A stretch of 64,000 nt of DNA. Origin: Candidatus Thorarchaeota archaeon. Lineage in GTDB: Archaea; Asgardarchaeota; Thorarchaeia; Thorarchaeales; Thorarchaeaceae. Location: NCBI GenBank assembly GCA_011364985.1, contig RDOC01000003.1, positions 158,061 through 222,060 of the forward strand, in the 5' to 3' direction. Of the stretch, positions 9,284 through 19,653 are shown piece by piece. Within the stretch, counting starts at the first letter, position 1. Each line of letters opens with the position of its first letter. Made by a program: the position numbers and the translations under genes. The notes below the pieces were generated by a model that had not been told where the DNA came from, did not search any database, and saw nothing but the letters and a program-made list of their open reading frames with translations.

Positions 9284-11305
9284 ATGAAGCAAACAATGAG
9301 CAATATTGACCTACATCTGGCCACGCCGGAGCTTCAGCAGGCTGCAGAAGGATCTTTTATCAAGAATGTATACCAATATGGGGACATATTCATCTTGAAG
9401 CTCTATCAGCCATCAGGAGGCACAAGTCAGCTACTCATTCAGCCAGGGCAGCGTATACATTTGACGGAGTACCGTCGGTCTGCTCCAAGGGTGCCACCAA
9501 AGTTTTGTACGGTACTCCGAAAATACCTTCGTGATAGAAAGGTCGTTTCAATACAACAGTATGACTTGGACCGCATTGTAATCATCGAAATAGGTGACGA
9601 AGATAGTAGGTATAAGATTGTGGCTGAACTCTTTGGCAACGGGAATCTTCTTCTGCTGGACCCTGATGATTCAATCTTTATCGCTATGCGTTATCGTAAG
9701 ATGAAGGACAGGGACATTGTACCAAAGGCAACCTATGTTTTTCCACCTCCAAGGGGTGTTGACATATTCAGTCTGGAACCGAACTCGCTTCAGGACATAA
9801 TAGCGGACTCGATAGCAAGTCTGTTACGCACTCTAGCGAGCAGGCTAAATCTTGACTCGTTATCGTGTGAGGAGATATGTGCCTTGGCAGGTCTGGAACC
9901 CCAAAAAAAAGTGCCAGAGCTTACATCTCAGGAATCGAAGGACTTGCAGGAAGGACTGGACATTTTCGCTAAGAAACTCAAGAACGGAGTTACAGAGCCC
10001 TGCATAGTTCAGGATGAGGATATTGAGGATGAAGAAGAACCTCAGCCAGTAGCTTTTCTTCCATTTGAGTTTGAAATGTATAATGGACGCATTCTGCAGA
10101 CTTTTGATACCTTTAGCAAGGCGATTGATTCGTTTTTCGGAGTATCTGACGCAGAACTAGCGGATGAAGAAGCAAAAGATGCGTTTGCAAATGAGAGAAA
10201 GCGACTTCAGATTATAGTGGACAAACAATCCGAGAGCATTTCAAGGTTGGAAACTAAGGCAAGAGAACTAAGAACTGCAGGAGAAGCAATCTATTCCCAC
10301 TTCCAGATTGTGCAAGAAATCCTGAATACGATTTCAGAGGCCCGTACTGGCGGTCTTTCTTGGGGAGAGATTATGACTAGGATAGAGGATGGAAAGAAGA
10401 AGGGGATTTCATCAGCTGTTGCGATCAAGCGAGTTATTCCATCCCAAGGTAAGATTGAGGTTGATCTCTCAGGCGCAGAAGTTGTCCTCGATATTCGCAG
10501 AAGTCCCCAGGACAACGCAGCAGCTGCCTATGATCAAGCAAAGAAATCCGAAGCAAAGGCAAAAGGAGCACTAAAGCAAATCGAACGAACTAGATCGAAG
10601 TTGGAGGAGCTAGCAGTATCATCAGTCGAGGTTGATAAAATAGCTCCGACAGCAGCAAAAATGAGAAAGAAACTCTGGTATGAAAAATACAGATGGTTTC
10701 TGTCCTCGGAAGAACATCTTGTCATTGGCGGCCGCGACGCAAAGACCAATGAGAGGCTGGCAAAGCGCCAGATGGAACCAAATGATGTCTTTCTCCATGC
10801 CGCACTACACGGCGCCCCATATGTCATAATCAAAGTTCCGGACAAAGCTCCTGGAGAACAGACTCTGAGAGAAGCTGCGCAGTTTGCGGTCACATTTTCA
10901 CGAGCATGGCAAGATGAATTGACCAATGGCGATGCATACTGGGTTGATCCGGACCAAGTGAGTTTCACTCCACCTTCTGGCGAGTATCTGCCAGCTGGAG
11001 CTGTCATGATTTATGGTTCGAAGAACTACATTCGCAATGTGCCCATATCTCTGGCAGTTGGAGTAATGCTTGAGGAGGAGTATGCCATTCCATTCTCAGG
11101 GCCTCACTCTGCGGTATCAGCGCATACGGATTACTATTTGGAAATAGCTCCTGGAAACACGAAGAAAGGACAGCTTGTAAAAGGCATTGTAAGTCGCTTG
11201 CGAAAGATGGTTCCTGAGGGAGAGGCGCATCTAATTGATGAAATACCACAGGAAGAAGTCATGCGAGTGTTGCCTACTGGTAATGGAAGAATACTCACTG
11301 AGTAG
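9284..11305 (+). CDS. rqcH: Ribosome quality-control NFACT protein (Rqc2/RqcH)
   Basis: LRKYL..DRIV..ELFGNGN; WYEKYRWF..IGGRDAKTNE; FLHAALHGAP; SGEYLPAGA. Confidence 0.9.
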   Translation: MKQTMSNIDLHLATPELQQAAEGSFIKNVYQYGDIFILKLYQPSGGTSQLLIQPGQRIHLTEYRRSAPRVPPKFCTVLRKYLRDRKVVSIQQYDLDRIVIIEIGDEDSRYKIVAELFGNGNLLLLDPDDSIFIAMRYRKMKDRDIVPKATYVFPPPRGVDIFSLEPNSLQDIIADSIASLLRTLASRLNLDSLSCEEICALAGLEPQKKVPELTSQESKDLQEGLDIFAKKLKNGVTEPCIVQDEDIEDEEEPQPVAFLPFEFEMYNGRILQTFDTFSKAIDSFFGVSDAELADEEAKDAFANERKRLQIIVDKQSESISRLETKARELRTAGEAIYSHFQIVQEILNTISEARTGGLSWGEIMTRIEDGKKKGISSAVAIKRVIPSQGKIEVDLSGAEVVLDIRRSPQDNAAAAYDQAKKSEAKAKGALKQIERTRSKLEELAVSSVEVDKIAPTAAKMRKKLWYEKYRWFLSSEEHLVIGGRDAKTNERLAKRQMEPNDVFLHAALHGAPYVIIKVPDKAPGEQTLREAAQFAVTFSRAWQDELTNGDAYWVDPDQVSFTPPSGEYLPAGAVMIYGSKNYIRNVPISLAVGVMLEEEYAIPFSGPHSAVSAHTDYYLEIAPGNTKKGQLVKGIVSRLRKMVPEGEAHLIDEIPQEEVMRVLPTGNGRILTE

Positions 11306-11471
11306 GAAAGTGCTCCGTCTAGCCCTAAAAACATGAATCAAACCTTATAATGGCAAGGATTGATACTGCGACAATGTTTAAATTCCAAAGGTCTGTGATT
11401 GGCAAGTCTGCACCTTTAAGGAAACATCCTAAGGAGCAGAATCAGCTTTCTAAGAGGCTGAGGTAATATCT

Positions 11472-12044
11472 ATGTCTGAACCCTCGCATTCCATGTCTGT
11501 GAGAGAAATAATGGCGGTCAATGTTGTAACCGTACCGCCTGATGCAACAGTCAGAGAAGTTGCTATCTCAATGGCAAAGATGGACATTGGCTCCTTAATC
11601 ATAATAGACAAAGATCGTCCTGTGGGAATCATCACAGAAGCAGATATCGTAACCAGAGTAGTTGCTCATGATAAGGATCCGTCAACAACAAAGGTCGTTG
11701 ATGTAATGTCTGCACCATTAATACACATCACACCAGATACCGCTCTGACAGAAGCGATGCGTGTCATGGCCAAGAGCAACATAAGGCGAGTTGCAGTGCT
11801 AAAAAACAACTCTCTTGCCGGGATTATAACTTCGAGAGATATCTTGCGCTGGTCTCCTGAGCTTATTGATGTGTTGGTTGAGTCACTTCGTCTTCGCAAT
11901 GATCAGGCAGCAAGTGAAGATGAGGAAGAGGATGAAGATGAGCTAGTGGCCTATGGCGGCATATGTGATAGCTGTGGCGAATACTCTGTGGAGCTGACCT
12001 TACAGGATGGCAGGTATCTCTGTGATGAATGCCGGGGAGAATAG
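11472..12044 (+). CDS. CBS domain protein with C-terminal Zn finger
   Basis: Tandem CBS pair (PVGIITEADI, LAGIITSRDI); CDSCG..CDEC. Confidence 0.85.
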   Translation: MSEPSHSMSVREIMAVNVVTVPPDATVREVAISMAKMDIGSLIIIDKDRPVGIITEADIVTRVVAHDKDPSTTKVVDVMSAPLIHITPDTALTEAMRVMAKSNIRRVAVLKNNSLAGIITSRDILRWSPELIDVLVESLRLRNDQAASEDEEEDEDELVAYGGICDSCGEYSVELTLQDGRYLCDECRGE

Positions 12045-12073
12045 GCTAGAGAATTCATTGCAGCAAGACCAGA

Positions 12074-12919
12074 ATGGTCGTTAGAAGGAGGTACAAAGAA
12101 ATGGAAGTTAGTCAGATTATGAGTGAACCTGTCACAATCGACAAGGATCAAAGGTTATCATATGCACTTGAGCTTCTAGATAAGAAACGTGTAGATAGAT
12201 TGATTGTGGCTGACGATGGAGCTGTGAGAGGAATTCTAACCTACGCAGACATAGCAGACAGACTAGGTGTCAGTAAAGTTGTTGCAGTATCAGTCGTAAG
12301 ATTGCATATTTCAAGTGCAATGACTGATACGGTGATCACCGTATCTCCAAAGGATGATGTAACCGAAGTTGCCCAGCTCATGATTGAACGTGGAATGAGT
12401 GGTTGCCCAGTTGTGGATGAGAAGGATAAGCTGGTCGGAGTAATATCAAAGAAGGAACTCTCAGCGCTTGTCGAGAAATTCGAGGATGTGAAAGTCGAGG
12501 ATCTGATGACAAAAGAGAATCTTCTCGTTGTCAATCCAGTTGAGCGGCTAGTCAAGGCACGTCTCGAAATGCTTGATAGGGGTTATTCAGGTCTCCCTGT
12601 GGTTGATGGTAGCAGAGTTCTAGGTCTTCTAACTGAACGCGCCGTAGCTGAGGCAATGGCACGTTTTAGCACTGAAGTGCCTGACAAGTATCGTAGAAAT
12701 CAGGTTAGGCAAATCCGGGTTGTAGATGCCATGATTCAGCAGCCCCCGATGGTTGGACCCGATGATTCCGTTTCGGAGGCAATCAAAAAAATGGCTGATG
12801 CTAATCTGAACACACTTCCAGTCGTTGCAAAGGGTAACAAGTTAGTTGGGATTATTAGCACCACTGACTTCACAAGATTCGTTGCCAACAAATTCAAGAT
12901 ACCCGAGAAAGGTGAGTAG
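12074..12919 (+). CDS. CBS domain protein (four CBS repeats)
   Basis: GILTYADI, GVISKKEL, GLLTERAV, GIISTTDF. Confidence 0.85.
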   Translation: MVVRRRYKEMEVSQIMSEPVTIDKDQRLSYALELLDKKRVDRLIVADDGAVRGILTYADIADRLGVSKVVAVSVVRLHISSAMTDTVITVSPKDDVTEVAQLMIERGMSGCPVVDEKDKLVGVISKKELSALVEKFEDVKVEDLMTKENLLVVNPVERLVKARLEMLDRGYSGLPVVDGSRVLGLLTERAVAEAMARFSTEVPDKYRRNQVRQIRVVDAMIQQPPMVGPDDSVSEAIKKMADANLNTLPVVAKGNKLVGIISTTDFTRFVANKFKIPEKGE

Positions 12920-12964
12920 GCATGGGTCGGCAGAATCATATCCTACCGAGTCTACTAATTAGAT

Positions 12965-14281
12965 ATGCCCGCGGATCTTCTTCTAAGAAACGGCATATCA
13001 GTAGTTGCTGGGAAGGAAGCCATCCGCTCAATAGCAATAGAAGCAGGAAAAATACAGCAGATATGTTCCCCTGCGGACGAACCAACTGCAAGGGAAGTAA
13101 TTGATTGCTCGGGAATGTATGTTCTCCCAGGTGCGATTGATATTCACGTTCATCTTCGAGACCTAGGTCAGTCTGAAAAGGAAACTTTTGCCACAGGGAC
13201 GATGGCAGCAGCTGCAGGGGGTATTACTACTGTTGTGGATATGCCCAATTCCATTCCGCCAACTCTGACATCCTTCGATCTCGAGGGGAAAATCGAGTGC
13301 GCACTCATAGACAAATTCGTGAATGTTGGATTCTATGCAGGTATTCCCAAGAATATCGTGGAATTTGATGAGAAAATGATTCCCAATCTATTGGGGCTTA
13401 AGGTGTATCCACACGCTCCGCTTGAGAAAGAGACGAAATACACAAAGGATCATATTCGTGATTGTATGAAATTAGCTGCCAAACACAAGATTCCCCTTCT
13501 ATTTCATCCAGACGCTGCTGCATCTGAGAAAAGAGTATCAGAAAAAGAAGAATTTCTGGAGCTTCATAGTTGCCGGAGCGAAGTAAGATCTTTGAAGAGG
13601 TTTCTCTCTGCAAAAGTGGAGGTCGAGGGAAAGCTACACGTTTGCCACGTGAGTTGCGCAGCGACTGCAGAAATAATTGCTGAGAATAGAGCTGAAGACA
13701 CCTTGACTGCAGAAGTTACGCCGCATCATCTCTTCCTCAGCGATAATGATTTCAGTCATGAGAATGGAACAGCCAAGATGTTGCCACCATTGAGAGGAGT
13801 AGATGATACAAGAGCACTTCAAAACGCACTAACACAAACATGTGCGATTGATTGCATCGTGTCAGATCATGCTCCACACGAGGAACATCGAAAGAAAGCA
13901 CCATTCCTCAAAGCAGCTTCGGGAATCCCAGGTCTCGAAACAACAATTCCTATTATGTTAACGGAGGTCTTCGAGGGAAGAATGAATTGGGTAGACTATC
14001 TTAGATTATGTTGTTCAGGACCTGCAAGAATTCTGGGAATACGTGGGAAAGGTATTATTGCTGAAGGTTATGATGCCGACATTACTGCTGTTATCAAGGA
14101 AGATTCGGTAATTCGTGGTGCTGACTTTCATTCCAAAGCAAAGATTACCCCTTTCGAAGGACGAAAAATCTTTGCGAAGCCAGTAATCACAGTTGTTGGT
14201 GGCGAAATTGTCTATAGCCATGGAGAGTTTCTTGTAGATCCGGGAGTCGCTGGGAATGCACCTGTTCGTAAGGGATGGTGA
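12965..14281 (+). CDS. pyrC: Dihydroorotase (amidohydrolase)
   Basis: PGAIDIHVHLRD, DMPNSIP, HVCHVS, EVTPHHL, SDHAPH. Confidence 0.85.
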   Translation: MPADLLLRNGISVVAGKEAIRSIAIEAGKIQQICSPADEPTAREVIDCSGMYVLPGAIDIHVHLRDLGQSEKETFATGTMAAAAGGITTVVDMPNSIPPTLTSFDLEGKIECALIDKFVNVGFYAGIPKNIVEFDEKMIPNLLGLKVYPHAPLEKETKYTKDHIRDCMKLAAKHKIPLLFHPDAAASEKRVSEKEEFLELHSCRSEVRSLKRFLSAKVEVEGKLHVCHVSCAATAEIIAENRAEDTLTAEVTPHHLFLSDNDFSHENGTAKMLPPLRGVDDTRALQNALTQTCAIDCIVSDHAPHEEHRKKAPFLKAASGIPGLETTIPIMLTEVFEGRMNWVDYLRLCCSGPARILGIRGKGIIAEGYDADITAVIKEDSVIRGADFHSKAKITPFEGRKIFAKPVITVVGGEIVYSHGEFLVDPGVAGNAPVRKGW

Positions 14282-14333
14282 AGACAAAAAGCATAATCGC
14301 AATCAATGATTTGAGAAAGAGGGGTGGTTAAGA

Positions 14334-14963
14334 TTGGTACATGCATATTCTGATGATGAAGGTACGCTCCTTGTGAGACTTGCAAGAAAGACTGTTGATA
14401 GGTACGTTACAAGAAGAGAGAGACCAGCTATCCCGGAGAACATTCCGGCGAAACTCCGGGAGAAGTCTGGTGTCTTTGTGACGCTGAATAAGACTGGGAG
14501 AAGCATCTCCAGACTGAGAGGCTGCATAGGCAGACCGTATCCTAGCCAACCTCTTGTAGAAGCAACAATAGACTCCGCCGTAGACTCAGCCACAAACGAC
14601 TCCAGATTTCCACCAGTGACCGTTGGAGAATTAGATGCAATAGTCGTGGAGTTGAGTGTTCTTACGCCCCCAATGCCAATCAAGTATGACAACCCCGACG
14701 AACTCCTTCGAATGGTTGAGGTTGGAAAAGATGGCCTAATTGCAAGCCAAGGAATGTGGCGCGGCCTTCTTTTGCCACAGGTTCCTGTCGAGTATGGGTG
14801 GGATGCTAAGACATTCCTTGAGCATACCTGTATGAAGGCCGGACTGCCTTCCAATCAGTGGAGAGAGCAAGGAATAGAGTTCATGTCCTTTCAGGCAGAG
14901 ATCTTTGGTGAAACGGCACCTCGTGGGCCCATAGTCAGAAACCCAAGAAACGAGCGATGCTGA
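14334..14963 (+). CDS. AMMECR1 family protein
   Basis: GVFVTL, LRGCIG, DSRFPPV, GLLLPQVP. Confidence 0.9.
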   Translation: MVHAYSDDEGTLLVRLARKTVDRYVTRRERPAIPENIPAKLREKSGVFVTLNKTGRSISRLRGCIGRPYPSQPLVEATIDSAVDSATNDSRFPPVTVGELDAIVVELSVLTPPMPIKYDNPDELLRMVEVGKDGLIASQGMWRGLLLPQVPVEYGWDAKTFLEHTCMKAGLPSNQWREQGIEFMSFQAEIFGETAPRGPIVRNPRNERC

Positions 14964-14978
14964 TGGAGGCAACTAAGA

Positions 14979-15836
14979 ATGGAACGACTTCCCTTTGATG
15001 TAATTGAAGACCTGAAGAGATTCCTAAGAGAAGATATTCGGTCTGGAGACTTGACTTCCAATATCACAATACCTGTCGACGCCAAGGGCAAGGCTACTAT
15101 ATATGCGAAGAGCAAAGCAGTACTTGCTGGTATGGAAGAAGTGATTGCAATTGCTGAGCTAACAGGGCTTCAACACGACCTACATGTCTTTGAAGGCAAC
15201 TGGGTAAATCCCGGGGAAGGTGTGCTCACACTTACAGGGCAAGCAAGGATACTCTTGGCTATTGAACGTGTTTCTTTGAACATTGTTCAGCGGATGAGTG
15301 GCATTGCAACCAAGACCTACAACATAGTTCATGAAGCCAAAAAGATGAATCCAAAGGTGAGAGTGGCTGCAACAAGAAAGACCACCCCAGGATTCAGATA
15401 TTTTGACAAACGAGCTGTGAAAATAGGCGGAGGCGATACACATCGCTATGCCCTTGATGATATGGTGTTGATCAAGAACAACCACATCTCTGTTGTGGGG
15501 AGTGTCGGAGAAGCAGTCAGACTTGCTCGAAGAGAGGTGTCATTCAGCAAGAAGATCTCATGCGAGGTTCGTACTCTTCAGGAGGCATTGGAAGCAATCA
15601 AGGCAGGAGCAGATATTGTGTTGTTAGATAATTTCAGCCCACAAGATGTTGCAGGTGTTCACAAGATACTTACTGAAAAAGGCTTACGCAATAAGATCAT
15701 CCTAGAAGCTTCTGGTGGAATTGATCAAGATAATATCAAGGCTTATGCCGAGAGCGGATGCGATGTGCTTTCCTCAGGTGCTTTAACCCATTCCTATGAA
15801 TCCTCAGATTTCAATATGCTATTGACCATCGAATAG
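14979..15836 (+). CDS. nadC: Quinolinate phosphoribosyltransferase
   Basis: TRKTTPG, HRYALDD..LIKNNH, LLDNF, EASGGI. Confidence 0.95.
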   Translation: MERLPFDVIEDLKRFLREDIRSGDLTSNITIPVDAKGKATIYAKSKAVLAGMEEVIAIAELTGLQHDLHVFEGNWVNPGEGVLTLTGQARILLAIERVSLNIVQRMSGIATKTYNIVHEAKKMNPKVRVAATRKTTPGFRYFDKRAVKIGGGDTHRYALDDMVLIKNNHISVVGSVGEAVRLARREVSFSKKISCEVRTLQEALEAIKAGADIVLLDNFSPQDVAGVHKILTEKGLRNKIILEASGGIDQDNIKAYAESGCDVLSSGALTHSYESSDFNMLLTIE

Positions 15837-15850
15837 AAGAGCATGGAAAA

Positions 15851-15928
15851 TGGTGCTCCGGCCGGGATTCGAACCCGGGTCTGCGAATCGAAAGTCCGCG
15901 ATGCTTGGCCGGACTACACTACCGGAGC
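15851..15928 (-). tRNA. tRNA-Glu(TTC), encoded CCA
   Basis: Reverse complement GCTCCGG..GCGGA-CTTTCGA-TTCGC..GGTTCGAATCC CGGCCGGAGC ACCA. Confidence 0.95.
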
Positions 15929-15982
15929 TGTGGGGCATTGCACGGCCTCATTTCGTTATTAACGTTGTGCAACTACAACTGA

Positions 15983-16417
15983 TTATACACGCCAAGATTC
16001 GACCGGCCCAACTTGCTCTGAGGATTTCTGCTTCGGCTCTGAACGTAATTCTGTTGATAGTCGCTTAATACGGCTTGCAGGACGAATAATGGCCCTTGGA
16101 CTCCCTTCCTGATGCACTGCAATAGGCTCTGTTATTGATTGCATAAGAAAAGATATGAGGTCTGCGCTTGTTGGAACACCGCATATCATATTGCCCTTAG
16201 ATACTAGAGTTGGAACCATCATTATTCCATAGATTTCTGCAATACTTTGATAGCGGTCAATATTCACTTCATAGATCAGAGTAGACTCACTCAGTTCATG
16301 ACTTGCATTTTCAAGCATCTCTTTGACAATATCACACCATGCACATTGATTAGATGTGAAGAAGAGAATCACTAGAAGCCCGCCAAGACGATTTTCTCGT
16401 AGTCCTTTTTGAGTCAT
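15983..16417 (-). CDS. Thioredoxin-fold protein
   Basis: CAWC motif, YGIMMVPTL. Confidence 0.75.
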   Translation of the reverse strand: MTQKGLRENRLGGLLVILFFTSNQCAWCDIVKEMLENASHELSESTLIYEVNIDRYQSIAEIYGIMMVPTLVSKGNMICGVPTSADLISFLMQSITEPIAVHQEGSPRAIIRPASRIKRLSTELRSEPKQKSSEQVGPVESWRV

Positions 16418-16499
16418 TTAAACTCGGAGAAACCGCTTTGAAGAATAAAAGCGACGATGAAGAAAGCTTAATATCGTAAAAGAAAAGGACTGGTCTGCG

Positions 16500-16576
16500 G
16501 GGCCCGTAGCTCAGCTTGGTAGAGCAGCAGGCTCATAACCTGTAGGTCGAGCGTTCGAATCGCCCCGGGCCCACCA
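16500..16576 (+). tRNA. tRNA with CAT anticodon, probably tRNA-Ile2 (agmatidine type) rather than Met
   Basis: GGGCCCG..GCAGG-CTCATAA-CCTGT..GTTCGAATC..CGGGCCC ACCA; the GGGCCC acceptor is typical of archaeal Ile tRNAs. Confidence 0.9.
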
Positions 16577-16734
16577 TCTTTGATTGCTTTTATGGCATCG
16601 ATTGAGTTTCCCTTTCTAAGCGGATAAGCAACGGATATTCTATGGTATATTACGAAAATTGGCTTAGAATGCGTGTTCAGAGAATAGTATAGTCCGACTT
16701 CTTTAATAAGACTAGAATCAACGTCCTCTATACT

Positions 16735-17511
16735 ATGCAGCTCTTCTCGGACCCAATTTCAGCAGGAATCATTGCAAGTCTTTTGGCTGGTGCAGCAACA
16801 GGAGTAGGTGCCATTCCTGTGCTACTTGGTGGAAACTACAGTCGAAGAACGCTTGATCTTATGCTTGGATTTGCAGCAGGAGTGATGTTGGCTGCATCTT
16901 CTTTCAGTTTACTTGTTCCTTCCCTAGAACTTGTTACAAACTGGATCGAGGTAATCACCATTGTGGGATTGAGCTTCTCACTCGGAGGGCTCTTTGTGCA
17001 CGTGGCCGATAGATACATTCCACATGAACACTTCAAGAAGGGGGAGGAAGGGCCATCTTCCAGTATGGCAAGGGTTTGGCTGCTGGTCTTAGCAATAACA
17101 ATACACAATTTCCCTGAAGGAATTGCTGTCGGAGTCGCTTTTGGAGGGAATGATTTCATAGCAGGAACATCAGTGGCGCTTGCAATAGGGCTACAGAATA
17201 TGCCGGAGGGGGTGGCTGTTGCCGCACCGCTTGTTCGAGAGGGCTACTCAAGAAAGTATGCTGCAGGTCTTGCACTAATTACAGGACTTGTGGAGCCTAT
17301 CGGAGGAATCTTTGGTGTCACAATCGCTCACTTTCTTCTTCCATTTGGTCTTGCATTCGCCGCTGGAGCAATGATCTTCGTTGTTGGAGAGGAGATGGTT
17401 CCTGAGAGCCATTCCGGTGAGAATGCTCGATTGGCGACTTGGGGATTAATGATAGGATTCGTAATCATGATGATTATGGACAATATCTTTGAGTTCCTTC
17501 TACTAGGGTGA
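16735..17511 (+). CDS. ZIP family (GufA-like) metal transporter
   Basis: GFAAGVML, HNFPEG, QNMPEG, FAAGAM. Confidence 0.9.
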   Translation: MQLFSDPISAGIIASLLAGAATGVGAIPVLLGGNYSRRTLDLMLGFAAGVMLAASSFSLLVPSLELVTNWIEVITIVGLSFSLGGLFVHVADRYIPHEHFKKGEEGPSSSMARVWLLVLAITIHNFPEGIAVGVAFGGNDFIAGTSVALAIGLQNMPEGVAVAAPLVREGYSRKYAAGLALITGLVEPIGGIFGVTIAHFLLPFGLAFAAGAMIFVVGEEMVPESHSGENARLATWGLMIGFVIMMIMDNIFEFLLLG

Positions 17512-17669
17512 GAGCCCAATTTCGTCTGGCGAGACTTGTGCCATCTAGTCGATTGAAATAATATAGTAGCTAATATACTCTGATACCGAACTAAGACTTG
17601 AATCGAACTATTCTAGGAGGCAATCGAATGGTCAGGATCAAGTAGTACGAAACTAGCCCCATCCAGGAA

Positions 17670-18794
17670 TTACCAAAGGTGATGGAAACGAGTGTTTCTT
17701 TTCAACGAGTTTTCTCCTTCCAATTTTGAGGAAGAATCAACCCTTACCGTAAGGACAAGTCCTACTAGAAGTACAGTTGCTCCTATAATGAAACAAATGG
17801 CCGGAAGTGTGATGTCCTCTCTTATTTGCAGAAGTGTACAATATTTCCGTACACTTAGGTTTGTTATTGCATCGACGTTCACCCTTTCAAGACTGATTGT
17901 TGTTGAATTTGCAGAGTCAAAAGGGATTGTAAACCACCAATTGCTGTCTTTGCCAGCCTCCACAAGCATGGTTTCTGACTCATTATCACTTGAGATTCTT
18001 AGAATAACTGGATAATTGTCAGAGTACAAAGAGTGAACCTCATACTGTGTGACAGTTCCCTCTTTTGGATATAGAGATGATAGATCAAGAGAAAACACAG
18101 GACTAGTTTCGTTCAGCGTATAACTAAAGTTCTCATCTAAGGTCACAGATGTAGGCATAGGAACAAAATCGCCCTGAGCTTGTCCCCTTCCTAGTGGATA
18201 ACAAAGACCTGTGCCAGTGAACAGAAGCAGTATTGCCGTAAGCAGCAAAACCCTTTCATTTCGAGAATATTCAAACCTCGAAACCGTGAAACGTAGCCCT
18301 CCAAGTGCAAGGACAGTCAGAATAACCCCTATTGAGGGAACCAGAATGGGGGTAGGAGAAGGAATGAAGGTGTATGGGATAGTAGTATCTCCAAGTTGGT
18401 AGCGTATGGTAATTGTGAAGTTCACATCAGAGTCCTGCCGGACTACTTCGACCAGCAGACTCTGTTCAGCTCTTGCGACTGTTAATGGAAACATTGTTAG
18501 AGAGGTGATATTTGTCGCATTAAATTGAGCCTGAGACCCCCGAATCACCAGCATCACAGGCGTGCCGTTAGTCTGGAGCGAGTCTATTACTACTGCTGAG
18601 CAAGAGCTGGGAATCTCCGTGGAATAGATGGACAATTCTTCGCTTAGTATCCCATCCTTGGTTTCAGTAAACCAAGGATGATAACCAAGGGGGGAATAAT
18701 GATGGATGCTCATGAAGAAGCTCATAAAGAGAGAAAGCCCTACAAGGAGAATGGCTGCAGGGATGGTGAGTCTGGGAAAAGACCGTATTCCCAC
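17670..18794 (-). CDS. Hypothetical membrane protein (two TM-extracellular-TM halves)
   Basis: 374 aa, four hydrophobic segments, N-glycosylation sequons. Confidence 0.6.
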   Translation of the reverse strand: MGIRSFPRLTIPAAILLVGLSLFMSFFMSIHHYSPLGYHPWFTETKDGILSEELSIYSTEIPSSCSAVVIDSLQTNGTPVMLVIRGSQAQFNATNITSLTMFPLTVARAEQSLLVEVVRQDSDVNFTITIRYQLGDTTIPYTFIPSPTPILVPSIGVILTVLALGGLRFTVSRFEYSRNERVLLLTAILLLFTGTGLCYPLGRGQAQGDFVPMPTSVTLDENFSYTLNETSPVFSLDLSSLYPKEGTVTQYEVHSLYSDNYPVILRISSDNESETMLVEAGKDSNWWFTIPFDSANSTTISLERVNVDAITNLSVRKYCTLLQIREDITLPAICFIIGATVLLVGLVLTVRVDSSSKLEGENSLKRNTRFHHLW

Positions 18795-18938
18795 TACAAT
18801 GAATCACCCAATAAATAACAGGCCATCCATGCTCATTAACGTTGATATTCACGTACCTTAGCATATCTTGATTCCTAGAGATTTGGTTTCGAGCTAAACA
18901 GCAACGTTAATATTCGAACATGCGACCTCAGCGGAACA

Positions 18939-19017
18939 GCCGCCGTAGCTCAGCCGGTAGAATCCTGTTTCCTTAGGGAACAGCATGTCGAAGATGACAG
19001 CCTGTCAAGTTGTTGGT
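18939..19017 (+). pseudogene. Truncated tRNA-Asn-derived pseudogene (anticodon GTC) with one BHB intron at 22/23 (18961-18992); T-arm and acceptor 3' strand absent
   Basis: GCCGCCGTAGCTCAGCCGGTAG|intron|GATG ACAGC CTGTCAA GTTGT TGGT matches the spliced 5' part of the 29245-29469 tRNA; upstream promoter also homologous. Confidence 0.75.
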
Positions 19018-19157
19018 TCCATTTTCTCACTACAGAGGAAACATGATTCTTCCTTATGCAACATTGATTATATCGAGTTATCACTCAGTAAAGGACGAGA
19101 ATATTCGTTAGGAGAACAGGGGAATTCAATGCAAAGTGCTCCATCTGGAACTCCTAT

Positions 19158-19646
19158 TCAGCCTATGATTCTATCGCCACCATTGGAGCAGTCATAGACA
19201 TACTCCCCAGCAACGCAAATTGTTCTTGTGCTGCCATCTATTTCCCTGACTCTGACCATCCATACTGGACGTGTTGGGTGTTTGTCGTAGGAGAGAAAGG
19301 CGGCAACAATTTCATCATCTGGTTCTATCCTATCTCTGATAAAAGCCATAATGAACTCGGGGTCTAGCCAGTGCTTTGCCAACGGACAGTTCTTAGTGGA
19401 AGAAGGATGCCGCTGGAATGTGGAATACCTCATAAGGTTCAAATCTGTGTCGAATTGAAGATATCCAACAAGAAAGGAATCAATAGTTATACCAACATAC
19501 CAAGAAACTGTCTTCTCATCTGGTCCAACAATTGGAATTGGTTGGTTGACCACTCCTTTTCGTGTTACGAAATCATTCTGTGCGATGTTTGACTTCAGCA
19601 AGTGTATGGCCTTTGAATGAATTCTCTGATTCATATCTTTCTGCAT
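19158..19646 (-). CDS. Hypothetical protein, PepSY/propeptide-like, coupled to C39 peptidase
   Basis: 162 aa, 7 nt downstream of the peptidase; FLSYDKHPTRPVWMV. Confidence 0.55.
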   Translation of the reverse strand: MQKDMNQRIHSKAIHLLKSNIAQNDFVTRKGVVNQPIPIVGPDEKTVSWYVGITIDSFLVGYLQFDTDLNLMRYSTFQRHPSSTKNCPLAKHWLDPEFIMAFIRDRIEPDDEIVAAFLSYDKHPTRPVWMVRVREIDGSTRTICVAGEYVYDCSNGGDRIIG

Positions 19647-19653
19647 TTTTCTC

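Noticed and set aside
15850-16068. 72-aa ORF MVLRPGFEPGS..
   Set aside because: Antisense translation of tRNA-Glu.
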